Below are positions 38,927 through 50,361 of a DNA stretch of 64,000 nucleotides, one piece after another. This stretch comes from Fimbriosthenelais zetlandica (taxonomy: Eukaryota), in contig OZ365118.1 in the NCBI GenBank assembly GCA_977030845.1, positions 1,550,001 to 1,614,000 on the forward strand. The letters run 5' to 3'. The position numbers and the translations under genes are program-made. The notes beneath the pieces are model-generated. The model saw only the letters and a program-made list of their open reading frames with translations. It was not told the DNA's origin and made no database searches. The first letter of the stretch is position 1. Each line of letters begins with the position of its first letter.

Positions 38927-41900
38927 CCTGTACCCCCCCCCCCCCCCGCCGCCTGTCTTGGTATAATTTAGTGACGGTTATACCCCTCATAGATTGATGT
39001 GTAAAGTGTCTGGCCTTGTGACCAGGCGTTATAGTGTGTCAATGATGAATACCCCGTGCTCGTCCCACCTCACTTTGTTCCCTGCCTGCTGTCAGACAGC
39101 CCCGCCTAATGAATGACAGTCCACCTTTAGGGGCTGCTGATTCCACTGGTGCCACTTGAACAGTCACAGTAACCAACGCTGCGATTTATGCCCTCACTAA
39201 ATTCCGTGACCTGCAAAAGGGCCTGGGTGTGGTAGGAGTGGTGAGTGGGCAGTGGGCGACAGAGCGGTGGTGGAGGGTGATGGATGGGTGGTGTGGAGGC
39301 TGCAGCTTGACCATGTGAACCTTGACCACCACATGGACAGACAGGCCCAGTCACTTGAACCCCGGAAGGCCCTGTCATCATTTCCCCGCTCATGTAACTT
39401 ATTTGACCCCGTGTCTGCGGGGTGGGGTGTGATAGATTTATAGTGCTTGTTATGGGTTGTGGACAGGTACGGCAGCTAAATGGCCACCCTTTATATTATA
39501 TACCAATATGTGTTCACAAGTCTGCCAATTCTCCTACTGGAAACGACATCCTATGTACTGACCTTTTAGGAAAGGCTATATAACTTACATGTATGTGATT
39601 TCCTTGTATTCAAAATGAAATTGCTTGCTTTAATACTCTCTCTTGGTGCTTGATGCAACCTTACAATTCCCCGGATGTAAATCCCAGGCCATCAAACCCA
39701 CTGCTCACACCACCTCCTCTAAATGTGAAGCTCTCCCCCCCCCCCCCCCCCCCCACCACCACCAAATGAGCATATTAAATGAAGCATGGAATACACCGCG
39801 CTTCATTTCATACTCCTCGTCAGTTAATGTGAACCTATCCTCTCCTCATTACACTCTGAGATGACTGAGTCATATTACATACCTCCTGATGACATTCTCA
39901 CCTAATAAAACCCACAATTTAAATCTAATGACTCCCTCCGGCAGTGCCCACCTCCCCCCTCTCTCCTTCATATCGCTAGCGATGACATTTCCAATGGAAG
40001 CAATGAATAATATAGAGATTTTTTCCCATCAGAGGTGCTCTTTCAAACTAGAGAAAGTAATGAGCGAGGTAGAGATGAATACTCATTTCTCAGGTCACTG
40101 GAGGGAATTATAAACCTGCGACTTGATTTAATACTGGAGGGAGCTTCCCCATGATGACGGCATCAGATGTGTTCATGTATTAACACCCAGCTCTAAGTCG
40201 TACTTCATTCTACATTTTATAACTCGCTATTTGAAGAGGATGTGATTTTGATTGATCCAAACTAAACAAACGACATTTTCGTTCTCATATGAAAAGCTTA
40301 CGAGCAGTTTATTGCCTGCGAGCAGCTCCCAAAACAGACAGAGACAGGAACTCTGGTGGAGCAAGTCTGTAAAGGTTGAAAACCCGCATTGTACAGTGAT
40401 TTTATGAAAAGCACAAGAGGCTTATTGTTCTAGCAAGCACAGTGCCTGAGTCAATTAAGCACCGACATGAAATTGCATTGAACCACCCGCCCTGCCTATT
40501 GTCCTATAGAGAAATATTTTCCATTGTTTGTCCATTTTCCACGGAATTGCATATAGATGTGGCATTGTATGCGGGGTGGTCCAGTGCCCGCTAATGCTCC
40601 AGTCAGAATGACTGCTTTTACACCCATAAAATGTTATTACAACAGGAGCAGTCCGGTAAAAATATTATTTTATACACAATACCGGCACACATCACTAACT
40701 CGCCGCTCTGGGCACTATTCTGTCAGGCCATAAATTTGATTTTCACTTTTCAAACTCAAATATTTATGACTTTATCAACTATAGTATAAATCCAATATAT
40801 CCCAGCACTAAAATAATCCCTCAACCTGTCAGTTTGTGAAAGAGATGTTCAGAAAACTTTGAGATGGATTGACTCCCTGAGCTGAACTGCTCACTGAGTT
40901 GCTCACTTAGTTTACTAGGTCACCCGTCCAGACTCTCCCCTCTTTCTCTCTCAACCCTCAACTAAACCTCAATGAGATTTAATTGTTCCCCTGGTCACGA
41001 ACCATTGTGTAATTCAGCCGCCGGTGAATTTAGTTGATTAGGACGATAGAGGACCAATAAATGGTGATTGTTTGAATGAAAAGATTCAATTCAATCAGCA
41101 TGACTGGGTCATGGTGATTGAATTCAATCAGCATGACTGGGTCATGTAAAGTCCAGCACTCAACATCCCACATCACACAGGTCAAGTTAAATTCAATCAA
41201 TTATGTTTCAACTTTTCAAGCAATTGCTCTGGCTTTTGGAAATTATCCTTTTTTCCATGCCTTATTCCCGAGAGAAATTTGAGAGATCAGGGTCCACTTG
41301 TGACAGAAATATTGTTTTCAACTAGTAATTATAATTATTGTAGCCCTTCAGGATGCTGACTGTAAAAGTTCCTGGCATTCTGTCCACTGAACATACATCA
41401 ATATCCCGCTCCTGGTCCGGGTGACATGGGATAACTGACCCATCCTTCAAACAGACCACTGGTCAAGCTCCGGCCATTTTACACAATCACCCCCTGATTC
41501 TCTCACCAAATGACCAACGCTGGCCGTCCATGGCTCCAGCCCCGCCAGCTCCTCCAGCCAATGTACCGGTTCCAGGAGGAACATTAGTTTCTATTTGCTA
41601 AACATGAAGCGTTCTGACTGTGGACATTTATTTGCCCGCCACCCACCACGCCACCTGCCTCGTACATTCTAATATTGCTCCGTGCTGATTTGCATCCTGG
41701 AAAAGGTCGGCCCGACCATAGGCCGACTCCTCCACCCCAACCTCATAACTCCCCCAGCAAATAACTGCAATTACCACCACTGCCAGTCCTTCTGCTGATC
41801 CTGGGCATGTACCACCACTGCCAGTTCTGCTCGTCCTGGACATGGCTTTCCACCATTGCCAGTCTGGTTTGTCTGATGACTGGGGAACTGAGCCGTTCCA

Positions 41901-42173
41901 CTCACAATAAGAGGTGGCACGCCAAAGAGTCTGCTCACTTATTTTCATAATTAAAATATAAGATGAGATATATGAGTTATACCAGTTTTAATTGTGAAAT
42001 GGCAGAGAATTGTAAATTATCTTAATATTAAACTATATGTGAGGATTAACGATATGTATCACTAATACTACATCTGATTGTGAGGATTAACCTGCATGTA
42101 TTGGAGCAGTACATGTATTAGGAGTACATACTGTATCTGTATTGTTACAGTATACATGTTGTGTACACCTCCT

Positions 42174-42449
42174 CCATGGTAGGAGTAGATGGTAATTCAC
42201 ACACACATTCATCCATGGTAGGAGTAGATGGTAATTCACACACACATTCATCCATGGTAGGAGTAGATGGTAATTCACACACACATTCATCCATGGTAGG
42301 AGTAGATGGTAATTCACACACACATTCATCCATGGTAGGAGTAGATGGTAATTCACACACACATTCATCCATGGTAGGAGTAGATGGTAATTCACACACA
42401 CATTCATCCATGGTAGGAGTAGATGGTAATTCACACACACATTCATCCA
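42174..42449. repeat. 39-bp minisatellite CCATGGTAGGAGTAGATGGTAATTCACACACACATTCAT, 7 perfect copies
   Basis: Visible tandem copies; source of ORFs at 42087-42487. Confidence 0.97.
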
Positions 42450-43190
42450 CGCCCGCCGAGCCCGCACATCTCAATAGTCATGATTGATCTTTATCCCCAG
42501 CTTCATTACAAGAGCTGCTCTCAGCGGGAGGAGCAGGAGCAGGTCTGAGCACTTACAAGTGGAAGCAGGCGAGGCCGGCCCTAATGTAATGGCTAACAGG
42601 TTATCCTCTCCCCGCCCAATCCAAATGTCAGAACAAAGGCTCCCATAATGAACGCTTTCCGATCCATTGCCCTCTACAATTGCTTTCTTCAGATGCGGCT
42701 GTTTTTTTGATTGACAAGATATGTGATTTCCCAGCGCTGGCTGTCTGAGAGGTGCTCAGAGCGCTCTCTTCTCCTACCTGCTGCTCCTCATATCACCATA
42801 CAAATCATTTATTATATGAGGATTACATGACCCTTGACCTCCATGTCTGAGTGGATGATTTGACACTGGTTGAAGCATGCTGTATACAGCCGTGAAGCTT
42901 GTAGGAACCAGTTTATGTCTATAGGCCTACAGGAGTCATCGACAGGGTAGAGGCTTTACTGTACCTGGGACATTCCCCCATCTCTCTATACTACCGCTAT
43001 AGGAGGCTGAATAGGAGGCATGTAGGGCTTGTCATGAACATTGTGGTTAGCCCTTTGCAGACTTAATCCTTTAAAAATATGTATATATTCATGTCATTTA
43101 GCAGATAAAGCTACCTTCAATCTACTATTTGAAAATATGTAAAATTTGTATTATCCAATAAGTGAATTGGGAGCCTATGAGTAGTCTAGT

Positions 43191-43410
43191 AGGTTAGCCC
43201 TCGCTCTATGTGTAGTAGTCTAGCAGGCCTATGTTAGCCCTCGCTCTGTGAGCAGGCCTATGTTAGCCCTCGCTCTATGCTAGCCCTCTGTCTGTTAACA
43301 GGCCTATGTTAGCCCTCGCTCTGTGAGCAGGCCTATGTTAGCCCTCGCTCTATGCTAGCCCTCTGTCTGTGAGCAGGCCTATGTTAGCCCTCGGTCTATG
43401 TTAGCCCTCT
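43191..43410. repeat. Mosaic tandem repeat built on CAGGCCTATGTTAGCCCTCGCTCT
   Basis: Visible recurring units of variable length. Confidence 0.88.
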
Positions 43411-45810
43411 GTGTGTAGGATGAGTCGTTGGTGAGCTGCTCGTATTACTCGTCTTTGATCAGTAACACGGTAATGTAGCCCGTCAAGCGGTCCTCATCAC
43501 ATTATATTGTTTCACTCTCCTCCCATGATTGACTTCTTACGCTGCATTACTCCTCTCACTATCCCAAAACCAACCTGCTCCTCCTCCACCTTCCCCTCCT
43601 CCTCCTCCACCTTCCCCTCCTCCATCTCCCTCCTCCACCTCCCTCCTCAATCCCTCCTCATTACCCATTATAGTACCGGATCTCCAGGCTGGGGGGGGGG
43701 GGGGGGAATGACAATTAATATGAGCAAAATGTAGATTTGAAAAAGCCAGCTTTGAAGATACTAGTTTTGAATCATTTCTGAGGGCCCTCACTGCATTGAC
43801 TTGTCTTACTTATTTATACAAATTATATTCAAACTTCCATATATTTTAAGAATATTTAGGAGTTTATGAGTCATTGATTATGTCGTGAAGACATTTAGAG
43901 ATTGGCATTGAATCAATCTTCAGATTTAAATGTCAACTCTAGTTGTGCTATTATAAACCATATACTGATGATTGTTTGGAGGTGAATGGATGGCCTAGAG
44001 CTGTATTGTAGAGATTTGTAGCCTCTTTCATCCCGTCAGCCTGGAATGACTGGTATGACTGGTGACTGGCAACCAGTAGCTTATCAATACTGATCAAATA
44101 ACGAGGCTATGTAATCAGAGAGAGAGAATGGAGGTTTGAGATAAGGCCAATCATGTGAGATAAAAGATCCTCATTACTGAGCCGAGCATGGTTTAATATG
44201 ATAATATCACATCTAAATGCTGGTCTCATGTAAGAAACATGTCCCTTATAAAAGCCTCCCCCAGTCATACAGCCCCGCTATCTGTAAGCGGATCTCACCG
44301 CCCCCCACCAGCCCCGCTCAGAGCTCTGTTTTTGAATTGTCATTTTACTATCTTTGTTCCTTGGAGAATGATGCACCGAAAAATCTATGTTATTGTACTG
44401 AGCCTCGTTATGAAAACAGTAATATTGTTTGGTATTGGAGGTTTTACTCCCCCCCCCCCCCTCTGTGCATCACTGCTCGCGGGTTTTGTTATTCTGCCGA
44501 GATGCTCAACAAAAATCACATTTATTCTCTGATTTGTGATCACTCCAAATCATTCATCATTCATTTCTTAAATCATTTGTAATTCATCAGCCATGTTTAG
44601 TATTTATAATTCAGGCTTAGCTTTATTTATTTAATGTTTTAAAATGAAAATTGATGAGCTTGTTATCGATTATGTTTCATAATATGCCGGGTATTGTGAA
44701 GCCATTCATACCGGTCAATATATAGAGACATATAGTAGTGGAGGTTCATTATACAGGCTGGGGTATTTCATTGCCTTCCTCATTACTTCTTCCCCTACAC
44801 CCTCCCTATCCACCCCCACCCACCAGCCTATCTTCTACCATCTTCTACTGTAGCACTATAATGAACATCGCAGGCCTCCATGTCAGGCCTCCATGTCACA
44901 TGGAATATTGCCTTAAATACGTTGAGAATATGGAGGTGTACAGCATAGTCTCTATAGATTTCAGAGAAAACGTTTTAGGGCCTGGACAATGTATAGGCCT
45001 ATATCTATTATTTGAGAATTGATGAAAAAAATATGTAAACTAGAAATGGTCGGGGATGTGTCGGGCTGGGGTCGGGGATGTGTCGGGGATGTGTAGGGCC
45101 GGGGGGTCGGGGAGGTGGGTTCTAAGCCTGATATTACACTTGTCCTTTCCTTACACCTTGATGAATATTAATGTCATTGTTTGGTCCATCTCCTGCCCGC
45201 CGTGTTATTAATTTTAACACTGTCAATGGTAATGTGCTGGCGGGGAGGGGTAGGTGTGAGTGAGGGCAGGGCCGCCGGGAGTGTCTCATGTCACCCGGTA
45301 GGTGGGGGGGTGGGGGGGGGGGTGGGGGGGTCTCCTGGGTTGCCATGGGTATACAATGTAGGGCTCCATCCCAAACATGCCCTGATTATCTCCTACTATC
45401 TGTCACTCGTCTTTGACCCTGTTTAACTTCCCTATCGTGCTGGGGGGTGGTGGGGGGAGGAGAGGAGTTGGCCTTCTCTGAGTCTCTCCCTCCTCTGGGG
45501 CTTTTCACATATCATTTCTATGTTCCCCCTAGCGCTCCCTCCTTCTGTATTCTTTCTTCCCTCTCTCTCGCCCTCTGTATTCTTTCTTCCCTCTCTCTCG
45601 CCCTCTGTAGCTTTCTATCTTCTCTCTCACCCTCTGTAGCTTTCTATCTTCTCTCTCACCTAGCCCCATTCCCTCTCTCTCTCCCTCCCCCGCCCCTCGT
45701 TCTCTCTCCCAGCCTGGGGGAGTGTGGGTTGATTAGGAGAGGTGATGGTGGGAGAATTAATGATCTTATTACAATAGAGCTAGAGCTGGAGGGTCTGGCA
45801 TGTCCTGCTA

Positions 45811-46163
45811 TAGTCTACTGCTATAGGCTGTAGGTCTATACATCCTATAGTAGTCTACAGCTATAGGCTATAGGTCTATACATCCTATAGTAGTCTACAG
45901 CTATAGAATATAGGTCTATACATCCTATAGTAGTCTACTGCTATAGGCTGTAGGTCTATACATCCTATAGTAGTCTACAGCTATAGGCTATAGGTCTATA
46001 CATCCTATAGTAGTCTACAGCTATAGAATATAGGTCTATACATCCTATAGTAGTCTACAGCTATAGGCTATAGGTCTATACATCCTATAGTAGTCTACTG
46101 CTATAGGCTGTAGGTCTATACATCCTATAGTAGTCTACAGCTATAGAATATAGGTCTATACAT
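45811..46163. repeat. 40-bp minisatellite TAGTCTAC(A/T)GCTATAG(GC/AA)T(A/G)TAGGTCTATACATCCTATAG, ~8.8 copies, three variants
   Basis: Copies start every 40 bp from 45811; variant order A B C A B C B A C. Confidence 0.96.
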
Positions 46164-46713
46164 GCTCCTACAATACCTCCTGCCCCATCCACCTCTACCA
46201 CTGCTCTCTATATGCCCAATGCTAACATTGGTACGGTGCTTTATATGCCTGGATTCCATGCCGTATGATCTGCTCCAAGAGCCACTCTCACAAAGCTGTA
46301 TAACAAACAAAGGCTGACATTATCTCCACTCAGCCCTATCATGACGTGCAGCTATAGCTTGCTCATTTACCATTTACCACAATTATGTTTCTAACTCTTG
46401 ACCTATTTAAGATAGATTCTGAAATACTAGGTTTTGTCCTCTCTTGTGCATGCTTTACCTACCCTAACAACCTTCACTTGGTAATATAAATTCAGTCCGT
46501 GCCATATAGGATATATAGAGTATAAAATATTTGAGAATGTGTCTCTATATTTGCTGTAAGTGAGCACTGAGTCGCATATAAATCCCCGGCTAGATCAGAA
46601 TGTACTGGTCGCCTTGTGACCTGGTCAAGGCCTACAGTCAACATTACCAAGCGAGCAGCTCATAAACATGCGACAGTGAGCTGAGAGCAGGTCCAGAGGG
46701 ACATCTACAGGCT

Positions 46714-46927
46714 CAGATCTGCCCAGGACCAGCTCCCTGTGCTCTGATCTGCCTTGGAGCAGATCCACTGGACCCAGATCTGCTTTGGAGCAGTCCATTG
46801 GCCTAAGATCTGCCTAGGAGCAATTCCCCTGGAATCAGATCTGCCTAGGACCAGCTGACCTGGGCTTAGATCTGTCCAGGAGCAGCTCTGCTGGACCCAG
46901 ACTATCTGGAGCAGCTGGCCTTCTGCT
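46714..46927. repeat. Old, diverged 30-31 bp tandem repeat with conserved head AGATCTGCCTAGGA(G/C)CAG, ~7 copies
   Basis: GATCT heads at 46714, 46744, 46775, 46805, 46836, 46867 and a degenerate unit at 46898. Confidence 0.85.
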
Positions 46928-47162
46928 CTCACCAGCAGCTGGTGCGTTGATAAAGTCCATGTTTATGTATATAGCTTGATGTAGTCCAGGCTAGAACAAC
47001 AGGTCCTGACACCTCCACATGGTCATTATATGACCTCCTGGACCCCTCCCACCTCCCACCCCACCCCCACCCCTCACCTCTCACCCAGTTTAGTGTTAGC
47101 GCCTACAGGAACATGCTTCCTCGTGTCAGGCTGTCATAACTTGTCTTTTTTAACACTGGTCA

Positions 47163-47239
47163 GCCCCCGCCCCGCCCCGCCCCCCTCGCCCCCGCCCCCG
47201 CCCCCGCCCCCGCCCCTCGCCCCCGCCCCCGCCCCCGCC
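47163..47239. repeat. (GCCCCC)n GC-rich microsatellite; G-quadruplex-capable on the minus strand
   Basis: Many runs of 4-5 C separated by 1-3 nt. Confidence 0.9.
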
Positions 47240-47466
47240 TGTCATATATTATACAACCCGACCCTCATGTATTATCTTTACCTTCCCGGGGAAGCAGAGA
47301 ATCCTACTTGGTCTTTATTATTCCTAATATTCCACTCCTAATAACCCTAATAATAACGTTAAAATCCGACTGTTATTTATATACAATCTAAGTGTTTCCT
47401 TTGAACATATATAGGCTCCACGGACTGTATTATAAAAATATAACATTTATTATCGATGAAGCAGGA

Positions 47467-47743
47467 AATGAAGGGATGTTTTTATTGAGGCCTGTAGTAG
47501 GGGGTAATGAAGGGATGTTTTTATTGAGGCCTGTAGTAGGGGGTAATGAAGGGATGTTTTTATTGAGGCCTGTAGTAGGGGGTAATGAAGGGATGTTTTT
47601 ATTGAGGCCTGTAGTAGGGGGTAATGAAGGGATGTTTTTATTGAGGCCTGTAGTAGGGGGTAATGAAGGGATGTTTTTATTGAGGCCTGTAGTAGGGGGT
47701 AATGAAGGGATGTTTTTATTGAGGCCTGTAGTAGGGGGTAATG
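47467..47743. repeat. 39-bp minisatellite AATGAAGGGATGTTTTTATTGAGGCCTGTAGTAGGGGGT, 7 perfect copies
   Basis: Visible tandem copies; source of ORFs 47392-47775 and 47430-47771. Confidence 0.97.
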
Positions 47744-48022
47744 ATGACTGGAGGGCTACTCCTCCCGTCATGTGATTATAGTCATGTTTAGAGGCCGCAT
47801 TATAAAGAATACCGCCTTATTGTTACAGTAACGCCGCCTCCGGGCATATCATTCACCAAAACAAACGTTTGCTTTAATTAACACAAGCATTGGCAACAAC
47901 CGCGGCCCACTCAACCAAATAATTAATCTGCTTTTTTCTTTTGTTCGCTTTAGTCGATGTTGAGTGTCGGGCTGGGGTTGTCCTATTGTAGTGGATGTAG
48001 AGGGTTGATGTGAGTGTGGGAT

Positions 48023-48835
48023 GAGGGTTATATTGTCCTATTGTAGTGGATTTAGAGGGTTGATGTGAGGGTTATATTGTCCTATTGTAGTGGATTTAGA
48101 GGGTTGATGTGAGGGTTATATTGTCCTATTGTAGTGGATTTAGAGGGTTGATGTGAGGGTTATATTGTCCTATTGTAGTGGATTTAGAGGGTTGATGTGA
48201 GGGTTATATTGTCCTATTGTAGTGGATTTAGAGGGTTGATGTGAGGGTTATATTGTCCTATTGTAGTGGATTTAGAGGGTTGATGTGAGGGTTATATTGT
48301 CCTATTGTAGTGGATTTAGAGGGTTGATGTGAGGGTTATATTGTCCTATTGTAGTGGATTTAGAGGGTTGATGTGAGGGTTATATTGTCCTATTGTAGTG
48401 GATTTAGAGGGTTGATGTGAGGGTTATATTGTCCTATTGTAGTGGATTTAGAGGGTTGATGTGAGGGTTATATTGTCCTATTGTAGTGGATTTAGAGGGT
48501 TGATGTGAGGGTTATATTGTCCTATTGTAGTGGATTTAGAGGGTTGATGTGAGGGTTATATTGTCCTATTGTAGTGGATTTAGAGGGTTGATGTGAGGGT
48601 TATATTGTCCTATTGTAGTGGATTTAGAGGGTTGATGTGAGGGTTATATTGTCCTATTGTAGTGGATTTAGAGGGTTGATGTGAGGGTTATATTGTCCTA
48701 TTGTAGTGGATTTAGAGGGTTGATGTGAGGGTTATATTGTCCTATTGTAGTGGATTTAGAGGGTTGATGTGAGGGTTATATTGTCCTATTGTAGTGGATT
48801 TAGAGGGTTGATGTGAGGGTTATATTGTCCTATTG
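48023..48835. repeat. 44-bp minisatellite GAGGGTTATATTGTCCTATTGTAGTGGATTTAGAGGGTTGATGT, ~18.5 apparently identical copies
   Basis: Visible tandem copies; one degenerate leader copy from ~47978. Confidence 0.97.
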
Positions 48836-50224
48836 TTATTACACGTGGACCATTCACTAATATCATACAGGTCACGACTCATAAAATATCTCACTTATTA
48901 TTGGTCAATGATAATGACATTCACTGTTCAGTATCATCACTTATTTATATCATTATTATTTCATCGAGCCTTGATAGATTTATTGAAGCACTCACTAAAG
49001 TGAACATCTCGCTATGTGACCGCTATAGCATATATGATCAGAACCATATACCTTAGCACTGAGACATGCCCCGTAAACTGACCATCTCACTGTCCTACAA
49101 TCAGTTCCATGGCTGGCGGCCTGAGTGAGCCCCTCTATACATGAGCTGATGTTTATAGTGTGAGCTGCTCAGGTAACACTATCTGTATATATAAACATAG
49201 CGAGCTGATGATAAACTATTAGACTGATAGATGAGCTGCTCCCCAGACCAGACCAAGGCCAGCTAGCCGATGAATACTTATAAACCAACTCATGTATATA
49301 TTCTATACTTATAAACAATCTCATGTATATATATTCTAGATATCTCTTACTGCCCGGTCCCTCTTATTACCCGCTTTGGCATTTTCAGGCGTTCAAAAAT
49401 CTGTTTTCAAGGGATATAACAAACCATTCAATCCATGAGAGTAGTATATGGAAATGATGCTTTTAAACGGGAAACATGGAAGTAGTATATAAAAAGGTTA
49501 CTATAAAGCAGGGAATATGGAGGTAGTATATGGAAAGGTTGTTATAAAGCAGGGAATGTGGAGTTAGTACAAGGAAAGACAGCCAAAAAGCAGGGAATGT
49601 TCCCCAATATTACACAGCTTTTGTTATGACTCAGGCCCCAGACATAGAGTAGATATGTATGGTTATATTTAGCATGTACTGTACATACAGGAGGCGCTGT
49701 GTATGTTATAATAGCAGGATGAGCCACTCAGGTCCGTGTGATCCAGGTTTGACCCTCCCTCACTCCTACATCTCATATTACTCCCCATCACGTCTCAACG
49801 TGTGAGCATGGCGTGTCAGACGTTAATGTTATTATATATAATGGTCGTCATAGCACCTCATTCCTCACACCCCCATCACACCACCCCCCACCCCAGTCCA
49901 GCCCCATCCCACTCATTCTATAGTCACCATGCTAGCCTTGAAACACTACCAGTAGAAATCATCTCTCCTCCTACAACACCAATAGATACTGCCATATGCT
50001 GCTTTGGTCAGCCCCTATACCAGACCTGCCCCTTACCCATACCCCTGCCCACCAACCCCCCGCCCCTGCCCCAGCCAACATTGCCTGTATAGTCCTAAAA
50101 TAGCCCCCCCCCCCACTCACCCACTCACCCACACCACCCAGGCCCCTCCAGTGAAGGTGTCACCATGTAGGAGTGGTCACTTTCATGGCATCCTCACAAT
50201 GGCCTGGTCAGACCCCAGTCATAG

Positions 50225-50361
50225 AGGTCCCATACTGACCATACAGGTCCCATACTGACCATACAGGTCCCATACTGACCATACAGGTCCCATACTGACC
50301 ATACAGGTCCCATACTGACCATACAGGTCCCATACTGACCATACAGGTCCCATACTGACCA
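50225..50361. repeat. 20-bp tandem repeat AGGTCCCATACTGACCATAC, ~6.8 copies
   Basis: Visible perfect copies. Confidence 0.96.

Noticed and set aside
31586-46927. CRISPR-like appearance of the hairpin 42-bp array and the 30-31 bp head/tail array
   Set aside because: There are no unique spacers in the first, and the tails of the second are related to each other and too short. No cas genes are present and the context is eukaryotic.
42087-47775. Repetitive ORFs at 42087-42487 and 47392-47775
   Set aside because: Translations of perfect 39-bp arrays, open on both strands, with no synonymous variation.
48023-48835. GAGGGTT words suggesting telomeric repeat
   Set aside because: No tandem TTAGGG/TTAGG hexamers or pentamers; this is a 44-bp minisatellite.
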